Below, one piece after another: positions 31,686 to 39,554 of a stretch of 64,000 bases of DNA (position 1 is its first letter; every line of letters starts with the position of its first letter). Below the pieces are notes generated by a model. That model saw nothing but the letters and a program-made list of their open reading frames with translations, had not been told where the DNA came from and searched no databases. This stretch comes from Myxococcales bacterium. Lineage in GTDB: Bacteria > Myxococcota > B64-G9. The position numbers and the translations under genes were made by a program. Where the stretch lies: NCBI GenBank assembly GCA_012798435.1, contig JAAZNF010000113.1, positions 24,979 to 88,978 on the forward strand, in the 5' to 3' direction.

Positions 31686-34070
31686 TCAGCGCGGGCGGCG
31701 GCGCAGCAGCGGCACCAGCACGAGCGGGAGCAGGGAGGCGCCCGGGGCCGCGCCGCAGCCGCAGCCGCCCGAGGACTCGGAGACGCACTTCCACTGGCCG
31801 TCTTTCTTTTCGGGCATGTAGCCCTCGTCGCACAGCGGGGCGCAGTCGTAGGCGCCCTCGTAGATCACCCGCTCGAAGCCGGCGCCGCAGATGGGGGCGC
31901 ACACATACTGGCCCTCGAGTTTCACCCGCTCGGTTCCGGTCCCGCAGATGGGCACGCACAAGAACTCGTCGTTCTCGATGATGCGCTCCTGGCCCGCTTC
32001 GCAGATGGGGGCGCACACCACCTGGCCGTTCTTCACCGCCGGCTCCTGGCCCGCGGGGCAGTCGGGCATGGTCACGCTGCCGCGGATGGTGTACTCCGCC
32101 TGCGGATTGGTCATGTCCTTGTTGGCGGGCTGGAAGAAGTAGGTGTGCCCGGGCTCGAACGGCGCCGCCGTGGTGGGCTGGAGCAGGTCGTAGCTCCCTC
32201 CGCCGCCGCTCAGCTCGAAGTCGTAGGTCGACTGCAGCCCTCCCACGTAGCTGAAGGTGTGCTGCACCGGCTGATCTTTGCGCACCAGCATGGCCACGTC
32301 GAGGCCGATCGGGAAGGTGGTCCAGCGTACTTCGAGCCCGGTCGCGCCCGCGGGGACCTCGATCTTGTAGTGCAGCTCGGCGGGGATGTAGGGCAGCATG
32401 TTGGCGTACTGTCCCAGGATCTGGCGGCTGTAGACGAAGCCGGTGTGGCCATCCTGCGTGAGCGTGATGAAGCGCTGGCAGTCGTCGACTCCGCGGCGCT
32501 CGGCAATGGCGCGCACCTGGGCCAGCGTCGGCGCGTCCACCGCCTTGGCCGCCTCGTCCAGGAAGAGCTGGGTGGCCGCCGGGAAGTCGGCGTTCTCGGG
32601 GAGCTTGGGGATGACCGCCAGGTACAAGGGATCGGCCACCGCCGCCCCCAGCAACGTGCGCACCTCCCACAGGAAGCCGGTCCACACCATGGAGTCGTCG
32701 TGGGCCTCGCCGTACAGGCCCTCCGGGCAGGTGCGCTGGTTGTCGAGCATGCGCAGGTAGCCGTCGGGGAAGTATGCTGGCAGCAGTGAGGCGAAGTATT
32801 CACCCATGCTGGGGTCGTCCAGTGCCGAGCAGGAGAAGTAGTCACCGGCGCCCTCGTTGAACATCAGGCCCCAGAACACCGGCCCGTACTGGTCCATGTT
32901 GAACATGCCGGTCGACGACATCTGTCCGAAGACGTGGTGGCCGTACTCGTGGAAGATGACGTCGTTGTCCGGGGCCAGATCGATGTTGCGCCACTGGCCC
33001 ATCATGACCGCCGGGCCGTTGCCCAGGCTTTGCTCGCGGTCGGTGTAGAAGGCGTTGGGGCCCATGGTGTCGTCCAGGGGGACGTTCACCCCCACCTTGA
33101 TGGCGCTGGGACTCGCGCCGAGGTTCACGAAGTAGGCGCGGATGGTGTTGATGCCGTAGTAGCCCTGCACCTCGCCGAAGGCGTCGTCGGCCTTGGCCGG
33201 CTCGTTGTCCCCGGTGGGCTCGATGAAGTAGTTGCCGTCGTTGTCCGGCAGGGCGCGCTGCTGCTTGGCGCTGCAGGTGGCGTTGCTGGAGCCGCTGCAG
33301 TTGTACACGTCGGCGTAGCTTCCGGTGAGGTGCTCGGTGGAGGTCAGGTCGGGCAGGGTGACGGTTTCGTAGGTGCCCCGGTAGGGGTTCTTGGGGTAGG
33401 CGTACCCCTGGGCCATGGGCAGCCGGGGTGCGAAGGCCGCGATGCGGCCCTCGGCGCCGAGGAGCAGAAACTCGTACTCGCCCAGCGGCCGGGAGAGCGG
33501 CGCGCGCACCAGCACTCCGGCGGCCAGGCCCTCGGCGGTGATCACCCACACGGGCTCGGCGAAAAGCTCGCCCCGGAGTACTCCCCCGGCGGAGCGGACG
33601 GCTTCGCTCACGCGTCGCGCCGCCGCCGCGGACTCCATGCCGGCCGGGAGGAGCGACAGACCGCCGATAGGCCGGAGCGAGCTGGCCGCCGTCTCCAGCT
33701 CGCCGGTGAGCGCAAAGGACAGGTTGAGGCCACCCCCCAGCACGCGCCGGCCGCCGAGGCGCTGACCGAGCTGGACCACCGGGCCGCCGGGGAGGTCCAC
33801 CACCCGCTCGACCGAGAGTTCGCTCCGTTCGTCGCCGGGCAGCAGCAGATCGCGGTAGCTCGCTGCGAAGGCCAGGGCCCGGTCCGCGACCGTATCGCCG
33901 GGGAGCGGCAGGGCCAGGTTTCGCAGCAGCCGGGGGTGCTCGGCGTCCGGCCACAACACGGGCACGGCGCGGCTCTCGCCAAGGAGCCGCTCGACGGGAT
34001 CGCCCGCCATCGCGGAAAGAGACAATAGCAGCGCCGCAACGCCAACAGCCGCAACCAGTCGAAGCCGCAT
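31686..34070 (-). CDS. Secreted zinc metalloprotease (M36/M4-like, HEYGH) with C-terminal Cys repeats and MYXO-CTERM-type sorting tail
   Basis: ATG 34070 has AAGGAGG upstream and the signal peptide MRLRLVAAVGVAALLLSLSAMA. The active site reads FHEYGHHVF...NEGAGDYF. The C-terminal SGGCGCGAAPGASLLPLVLVPLLRRRPR has the MYXO-CTERM pattern (GC-rich Cys motif, hydrophobic helix, Arg tail). Confidence 0.8.
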   Translation of the reverse strand: MRLRLVAAVGVAALLLSLSAMAGDPVERLLGESRAVPVLWPDAEHPRLLRNLALPLPGDTVADRALAFAASYRDLLLPGDERSELSVERVVDLPGGPVVQLGQRLGGRRVLGGGLNLSFALTGELETAASSLRPIGGLSLLPAGMESAAAARRVSEAVRSAGGVLRGELFAEPVWVITAEGLAAGVLVRAPLSRPLGEYEFLLLGAEGRIAAFAPRLPMAQGYAYPKNPYRGTYETVTLPDLTSTEHLTGSYADVYNCSGSSNATCSAKQQRALPDNDGNYFIEPTGDNEPAKADDAFGEVQGYYGINTIRAYFVNLGASPSAIKVGVNVPLDDTMGPNAFYTDREQSLGNGPAVMMGQWRNIDLAPDNDVIFHEYGHHVFGQMSSTGMFNMDQYGPVFWGLMFNEGAGDYFSCSALDDPSMGEYFASLLPAYFPDGYLRMLDNQRTCPEGLYGEAHDDSMVWTGFLWEVRTLLGAAVADPLYLAVIPKLPENADFPAATQLFLDEAAKAVDAPTLAQVRAIAERRGVDDCQRFITLTQDGHTGFVYSRQILGQYANMLPYIPAELHYKIEVPAGATGLEVRWTTFPIGLDVAMLVRKDQPVQHTFSYVGGLQSTYDFELSGGGGSYDLLQPTTAAPFEPGHTYFFQPANKDMTNPQAEYTIRGSVTMPDCPAGQEPAVKNGQVVCAPICEAGQERIIENDEFLCVPICGTGTERVKLEGQYVCAPICGAGFERVIYEGAYDCAPLCDEGYMPEKKDGQWKCVSESSGGCGCGAAPGASLLPLVLVPLLRRRPR
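31788..32015 (-). repeat. Four tandem 19-aa (57-nt) Cys repeats inside the protease CDS
   Basis: The four repeats are CAPICEAGQERIIENDEFL, CVPICGTGTERVKLEGQYV, CAPICGAGFERVIYEGAYD and CAPLCDEGYMPEKKDGQWK. At DNA level, cgcagatggg(g/c)(g/a)cgcaca recurs at about 31887, 31941 and 32009. Confidence 0.6.
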
Positions 34071-34270
34071 GGAAACCTCCTTGGTTTCACCCCCGGTCCC
34101 GGACATTCTCGGCTGGAGGCCAAAAAAAGATCAAGCCCCCGCCCGCGCGATATGACGCACCCGGACATGGAAGGGAGATTCCGGGAGGCCGGGACGGTGG
34201 CGGCACTTGCTTGTCCGCGGAACATCGGCGATTCTTCCTCACCGACACAAAGAACGAGCAGGAGGTGCCA

Positions 34271-35374
34271 ATGATGCCGAGAGTCGCGTTTTGCCTGATT
34301 GCGATTCTGGGGTGGTGGGCCGTGGGCTGCGCCCCCGCCTGGCGGGGAGACATCGCCGCGTTGCAGATCGATCCGAAGGTCGCCGACACCCACTCCGTGC
34401 AGCGCTCCGGCGCCATCTTGTACGTGGAGCGGCCCGCTGTCATCGACAACGACGCGGACCGGGACTTTGGACCGGTGGCCGCCCGGTTCGCCGAAGAGAT
34501 GCAGATCCGCATCGGCGAGTACCTGTGCGCGCGGGGCTTGTTCGCGCGCTGCATCACCGAGCCGTTGCTGGAGGGCTATCGCCTTGCCGGCACGGTCGTG
34601 GTCGACAATTTCCGCCCGGCCCGAGGCGGCCTGGCGCTGCTCCTCGGTGGGGCGTTGCTGCCGCCGCTGTTGGGGTTGATCTGGGCGCTGCCGGTCGGCC
34701 TGGGGAAGTGTCAGATCTACCTCGACGCCGCGCTCCACTCCCCCGCCGGCGGGGTGGTTTGGCAGGGGCGGCTCTCTTTCGGCAGCGGCGACGGGGCGTG
34801 CTCCGGGCCCGAGAGCGTCGGGGTTGGGCTCGGGCGCTCTCTGGAGGCGGTGGTCGAAAACATCGGGTTCGTGGTGGCGCGCTACGAGTCCGAACACGGG
34901 GCGCCTTCCGGGGTCGCGTCCGCCCGCGCGCAGGAGAAGACCGCTCCGGGCGCGGAGGCCCATCGCCAGGTGTTGGCGGTCTTCGACGTCGAGGACGTGG
35001 CCCGGCGCCTGAAGACCGACGAGCGGGTGCAACTCTCCGCCTTCCTCGCGGCCGCGGTGGCGCAGACCGGCAAGTTCAGCGTGATTCCGCGCGAGCAACT
35101 GCGCAGCCGTCTCCAGGAGGAGAAGCAGGCGGGTTACCGCGAGTGTTTCGACAGCGCCTGCCAGATCGAGCTGGGCAAGGCGGTGGCCGCCCAGAAGACC
35201 CTGGCCACGCAGATCCTGGAGGTCGGCGGAGAGTGCGTGGTGGCTGCCAGCCTCTATGATCTGCTATCCGAAACCGCCTCGGCGGCCGTCACGGTGAAGT
35301 CCGGTTGCGAGGCGAAGGCGTTGCTCGACGCCGTGCCGCAGGTGGCGGAGCGGATCGCAGCGCAGGCGAAATGA
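34271..35374 (+). CDS. Lipoprotein, unknown function
   Basis: ATG 34271 follows GGAGG. MMPRVAFCLIAILGWWAVGC has a lipobox (AVGC). I recognise no confident family. Confidence 0.55.
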   Translation: MMPRVAFCLIAILGWWAVGCAPAWRGDIAALQIDPKVADTHSVQRSGAILYVERPAVIDNDADRDFGPVAARFAEEMQIRIGEYLCARGLFARCITEPLLEGYRLAGTVVVDNFRPARGGLALLLGGALLPPLLGLIWALPVGLGKCQIYLDAALHSPAGGVVWQGRLSFGSGDGACSGPESVGVGLGRSLEAVVENIGFVVARYESEHGAPSGVASARAQEKTAPGAEAHRQVLAVFDVEDVARRLKTDERVQLSAFLAAAVAQTGKFSVIPREQLRSRLQEEKQAGYRECFDSACQIELGKAVAAQKTLATQILEVGGECVVAASLYDLLSETASAAVTVKSGCEAKALLDAVPQVAERIAAQAK

Positions 35375-37173
35375 AGGCCATGTCGCCGTCGCCAAGGTCG
35401 CTCGGTCTCTGGTGCCTGCTGGTCCTGGGGGCGGGTTGCGAAGCCACGGACCCGGCGTGGATCCAGATCTTCCAGGCACCGGACGGCGCCGCCGTGTACG
35501 ATCTCTTCGAGACGGCGGGCTGGCTGGGCGTGGCCGTGGACAATCCCTTCGACCTGGAACAGGTGGATCTGGTGGGAGAGTTCCGGGACCCCGACGAGCG
35601 GATCCACGAGATCCCCGGCTTCTTTTACCAGGGATACCGTCGCGAACTCGACGGAGACACGGAAAGACTCACCCCCGTGGGCGACGGGCATTTCCGGGTG
35701 CGTTTCATGCCTGATCAGGCGGGCGCGTGGCGCTGGCGCTGGCGCGTCGACGCCGGGGAGCGGCGCGGCGCCACCGCCTGGCGGGAGCTCAGGGTAGAAC
35801 CGCCCCGCTCGGGCGTCCACGGTCCGTTGCGAAAAAGCCCGCACGACCTTCGCTACCTGTCGCACGTAGACGGAACGTCGTTCTTTGCCATCGGGAGCAA
35901 CATGGCCTGGGCCGGGAGCGGCGGCAGCTACGACTACGACCGCTGGTTGGCGGCGCTGGCGGACCCGGGCGGTAATTACGTCCGGCTGTGGATGCCCTCC
36001 TGGGGGTTTGGCCTGGAGTGGATCGAGCGGGACGCCGAAGGACGCCTGATCGCGAGCTCGCTCGGCGACTACCGCGCCCGCCTGTCTCGCGCCTGGCAGC
36101 TCGACACGGTGCTGGAGCGGGCGCGCACCCTGGGGATCCAGGTCATGCTGTGCCTCCAGAACCACGGGCCGTTCTCCAGCGTGAGCTTCAGCGAGTGGGA
36201 CGACAACCCCTACAACGCCGCGAACGGCGGGCCGATCGCGGCCCCGGGCGACTTCTTCACGGATCCTGCCGCCCGCGCCCTCTTCGCCCGGCGGTTGCGC
36301 TACCTGGTGGCGCGCTACGGCTACGCCTCGAACCTCATGGCCTGGGAGCTCTTCAACGAGGTGGATCTGACCGCCTTTCGCGACAAGGCGGAGGTGGTGG
36401 CCTGGCACGCCGAGATGGCCGCGCTCCTCAAATCGCTGGACCCGGTGGGCCACCTGGTCACCACCAGCACCACCAACCTGGGCGCGCTGTACGGCCTGGA
36501 CCCTGAGCTCTATGCGCTTTCGGACATCGACCTGGCCCAGTTTCACCTCTATGGCTACGAGGGCAACGACGTGGACCTCACCGCGGAGATGCCGCGGGTG
36601 GCGGACTACTACCGCGCCTTCGGCAAACCGGTGCTGGCCGGCGAGGTCGGGGTGGACTACCGCGGCCCGGCCGAGACCCTGGCGCGCGATCCACATTCCG
36701 CCGGCTACCACGACAGCCTGTGGATGGGGCTCTTCTCGGAAACCCTGGGGACGGGGGCCAACTGGTGGTGGGACTCGCTGGCCCAGAGCCAGGAATGGTA
36801 CCGGCACCTGTACCCCATCTCCCGGCTACTCGACGGCTTGTCGCTCGATCGCGCCCGCTTGGAGGCGCACAAGCCCCAGGTGAGCGCCCCGGGACGGGAG
36901 CTCGAGGCCTTCGCGCTCGCCGGGGATGGGCTGGCCCTGGTCTGGATCCGCAACCGGGCCAACCTGTGGTTTTCCGGCCATGACGAGTCCCCGATCGAGG
37001 GAGCCTCGCTCTCCCTGACCGGCCTGGGCGACGGCGTCTATACGGCGCTCGCGATCGACCCCTACGACGGCTCGCTGCGATCGCTCCCGGACGTGACGGT
37101 GGATGGTGGCTCGGCCACGCTGGCGCTTCCTGTGTTCTCCATGGACCTCGCGCTGCGCCTGGAACGCCGGTAG
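35371..37173 (+). CDS. Lipoprotein glycoside hydrolase, GH5-like (DUF5060-like N-domain + cellulase-like TIM barrel)
   Basis: ATGA start/stop overlap with the upstream gene (35371-35374). MKAMSPSPRSLGLWCLLVLGAGC carries the lipobox. The N-domain shows FRVRFMPDQAGAWRWRW. The catalytic-type NE motif is in MAWELFNEVD. Confidence 0.65.
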   Translation: MKAMSPSPRSLGLWCLLVLGAGCEATDPAWIQIFQAPDGAAVYDLFETAGWLGVAVDNPFDLEQVDLVGEFRDPDERIHEIPGFFYQGYRRELDGDTERLTPVGDGHFRVRFMPDQAGAWRWRWRVDAGERRGATAWRELRVEPPRSGVHGPLRKSPHDLRYLSHVDGTSFFAIGSNMAWAGSGGSYDYDRWLAALADPGGNYVRLWMPSWGFGLEWIERDAEGRLIASSLGDYRARLSRAWQLDTVLERARTLGIQVMLCLQNHGPFSSVSFSEWDDNPYNAANGGPIAAPGDFFTDPAARALFARRLRYLVARYGYASNLMAWELFNEVDLTAFRDKAEVVAWHAEMAALLKSLDPVGHLVTTSTTNLGALYGLDPELYALSDIDLAQFHLYGYEGNDVDLTAEMPRVADYYRAFGKPVLAGEVGVDYRGPAETLARDPHSAGYHDSLWMGLFSETLGTGANWWWDSLAQSQEWYRHLYPISRLLDGLSLDRARLEAHKPQVSAPGRELEAFALAGDGLALVWIRNRANLWFSGHDESPIEGASLSLTGLGDGVYTALAIDPYDGSLRSLPDVTVDGGSATLALPVFSMDLALRLERR

Positions 37174-37222
37174 CGCCGCGCGCCGATTTGCCCCCGCGGC
37201 CGGTATGTGAACAAGATGCCGC

Positions 37223-38587
37223 ATGCCCCACCGGACGGGAACGAGGCTGTGGCAGGCGCTGGCCGGGTACTTCGGGACCGGGCCGGATCTCCCGCAGCGC
37301 CCGCTGGAGCCGGCGGCGTTGCGGCGCGAGTACGAACGCCGGCGCTGGATGGTCTTCTTGTCGGTGACCTTCGGCTACGGTTTCTTCTACCTGTGCCGGC
37401 TCTCTTTCTCCATGGCCAAGAAGCCCATGTTGGACGCCGGGGTGCTCAGCGAGAGCGAGATGGGGTACGCTGGCAGCGTCATGCTGCTGGTGTATTCGCT
37501 GGGGCGTTTCACCAACGGCGTGCTGGCCGACCGGGCGAACATCCGCCGCTTCGTGTCCTTGGGCCTGCTGGGCTCGGCGCTGGCTCACCTGCTGCTCGGC
37601 TGGACCCGCGGGGCGGTCTTCTTCTCGGTGCTGTGGGCCGTCAACGGCTGGTTCCAGTCCATGGGCTCCGCCCCGTGCATCGTCTCGCTCACCCAGTGGT
37701 TCTCGGCCTCCGAGCGGGGCACACGCTACGGTCTGTGGAGCATCGCCCACGGCATCGGCGAGGGATTGAGTTTCCTGCTCACCTCGATGGCCGTGGCCGC
37801 CTGGGGCTGGCAGTGGGGCTTCTTTTGCCCCGGGTTGTTCTGTCTGCTGGTGAGCTTCGTCCTGCTCCGGACCCTGATGGACCGGCCGCTCACCTACGGT
37901 CTGCCGAGGGTGGACGTCTACCGCGACGATCCGGAGCGGGAGGCCACTCCCGAGGGCGGCGCCGGGCAGCGCGCCCAGCAGTGGGCCGTGCTGCGGAACT
38001 GGCGGGTGTGGGTGCTGGGGCTTTCGGGCGCACTGATCTACATCACCCGCTACGGCATCAACAACTGGGGCAGCCTGTACCTACAGGAGGCGCGAGGCTA
38101 CAGCGGTGTGGAGGCGGGGACCCTGCTGGCGGTCCAGGCCGTGTTGGGGCTGCTGGGGAGCTCGCTCTCGGGCTGGATCTCGGACCGTTTCTTCGGCGCC
38201 CGGCGCAACATGTTGTGTCTCGTCATGGGCGTCATGCTGGTGGCCGGCATGACGCTGCTGTGGCTCGCGCCGCCCGGTCAGCGCTGGCTCGACACCCTGG
38301 CGCTTTCACTGGTCGGGCTCTCGCTGGGTGGGCTGGTGGTGTACCTGGGAGGGTTGATGGCGGCGGACATCGTTCCCCAGCAGGCCACCGGTACGGCCAT
38401 GGGGCTGGTGGGGCTGCTGTGCTACCTGGGCGCAGCGGTGCAGGATGGGGTGAGCGGGGAGCTGATCGGGCAGGGCCGACGTGCGTTCTCCGGCGCGGCC
38501 GCCTATCACGAGGTGATGATGTTCTGGGTGGCCGCCGCGGCCCTGGCCGTCCTGCTCACCATCGCGGTGCAGAAGCAGCGGCGCTGA
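37223..38587 (+). CDS. MFS transporter, organophosphate:Pi antiporter (GlpT/UhpC-like) family
   Basis: About 12 hydrophobic segments are present. GRFTNGVLADRANIRRF resembles the GlpT/UhpT signature around TM2-3, along with SMGSAPCIVSLTQWFSASERG. Confidence 0.75.
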   Translation: MPHRTGTRLWQALAGYFGTGPDLPQRPLEPAALRREYERRRWMVFLSVTFGYGFFYLCRLSFSMAKKPMLDAGVLSESEMGYAGSVMLLVYSLGRFTNGVLADRANIRRFVSLGLLGSALAHLLLGWTRGAVFFSVLWAVNGWFQSMGSAPCIVSLTQWFSASERGTRYGLWSIAHGIGEGLSFLLTSMAVAAWGWQWGFFCPGLFCLLVSFVLLRTLMDRPLTYGLPRVDVYRDDPEREATPEGGAGQRAQQWAVLRNWRVWVLGLSGALIYITRYGINNWGSLYLQEARGYSGVEAGTLLAVQAVLGLLGSSLSGWISDRFFGARRNMLCLVMGVMLVAGMTLLWLAPPGQRWLDTLALSLVGLSLGGLVVYLGGLMAADIVPQQATGTAMGLVGLLCYLGAAVQDGVSGELIGQGRRAFSGAAAYHEVMMFWVAAAALAVLLTIAVQKQRR

Positions 38588-38615
38588 AGCGAGTCGGGCG
38601 TGCCGGAGAAGCCCG

Positions 38616-39437
38616 TCAAGGCTTGGCGGACTCGGGGGGGCGGCTGGTGAGGCGATCGACGGTGGGGAGCATGGGCAGGCGGCGCTGGTAGGCCTCCTGG
38701 GCCCGCACGCCGGTGAAGATGGTGTCGCGGTTGGTTTTCCCCAGGGCGTTGATGCTGCTCATGTCGTGGGGGTTGCGCAGGGTCAGCCGCAGCGTGCCGA
38801 GCTCTGCGGCCAGCGCCAGGATCTCGGCCTCCTCGGGGAGCACCCACAGGGTGATGGTGTTGTAGCCCACCTCGCGGCGTTCGCCGGGCAAGAGGTTGGC
38901 CATGGAAGACACGCTCTGGGAGCCGGTGGCCATCACCACCACGTTCTGCATCAGGGTGACGGTGACCATCTGGTTGTCCTTGGGATCCTGGAACGTCCCC
39001 ATGATGTCCACGTGATCGGCCGGGCGCACCCAGCCGGCCACGCCGGCCGAACCGCCGATGTCGATGCTGAAGGCCCGGCCGGTCTCGCGCACCATGGAGG
39101 AGAGCCGATCGAAGGTCACCGCCGAGCGGAACTGGTTCCACTGCACGGGATCGCCGGCCTTGAGCGGCACCGCGAAGCGCTGGCCTACCAGGTTGGACAC
39201 CTGCTCGGGCCGCACCACGCTCCCGGTCATGAACTGCGCCGGCATCTGGCTGCGTGCCAGCATGTCCCAGTTCAGGACCTCGCCCTCCTGGACGTCCCGG
39301 CTCACCACCGCCACGTCCACCGGCCGGTTGCGCTCGGCCCAGGCTTTCTCGTGGCGGTGCATGACCTGGAAGGCCACGATGGCAGCCAGAACCCCGAGGA
39401 TGCCGGCGATGAGCAGCGGCTTCTTTCCCTTGAGCAT
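38616..39437 (-). CDS. cpaB: Flp pilus assembly protein CpaB-like (SAF + RcpC-like)
   Basis: N-terminal TM is MLKGKKPLLIAGILGVLAAIVAF. A SAF-like segment follows (VDVAVVSRDVQEGEVLNWDML). The C-terminal domain shows VTVTLMQNVVVMATG...ITLWVLPEEAEILALA, typical of CpaB/RcpC. Confidence 0.8.
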   Translation of the reverse strand: MLKGKKPLLIAGILGVLAAIVAFQVMHRHEKAWAERNRPVDVAVVSRDVQEGEVLNWDMLARSQMPAQFMTGSVVRPEQVSNLVGQRFAVPLKAGDPVQWNQFRSAVTFDRLSSMVRETGRAFSIDIGGSAGVAGWVRPADHVDIMGTFQDPKDNQMVTVTLMQNVVVMATGSQSVSSMANLLPGERREVGYNTITLWVLPEEAEILALAAELGTLRLTLRNPHDMSSINALGKTNRDTIFTGVRAQEAYQRRLPMLPTVDRLTSRPPESAKP

Positions 39438-39467
39438 CTCGGCCTCCTTTCGTCCCCGACCTCAATA

Positions 39468-39476
39468 TTATATCAC
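39468..39476 (-). promoter_or_regulatory. Extended -10 element TGATATAAT upstream of cpaB
   Basis: The minus strand reads tgTGATATAATattgaggtcggggacgaaAGGAGGccgagATG. That is a perfect TGnTATAAT 29 nt before the start codon, with an AAGGAGG RBS. Confidence 0.35.
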
Positions 39477-39554
39477 AAGCTCGCAAGCGAGGCGGGTCTT
39501 GTATGGTCTTGCGCCCCGTGCTACAAGGCCGGCACGCCGAGCCCGGGAGAAGCC

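Noticed and set aside
38766-39554. N-terminal 263-aa extension of the leuS ORF in the track (1133 aa).
   Set aside because: The extension is antisense to the well-supported cpaB gene and has no LeuRS similarity. The conserved LeuRS N-terminus (MLEKYHPKLIEPKWQKVW) begins at ATG 39555.
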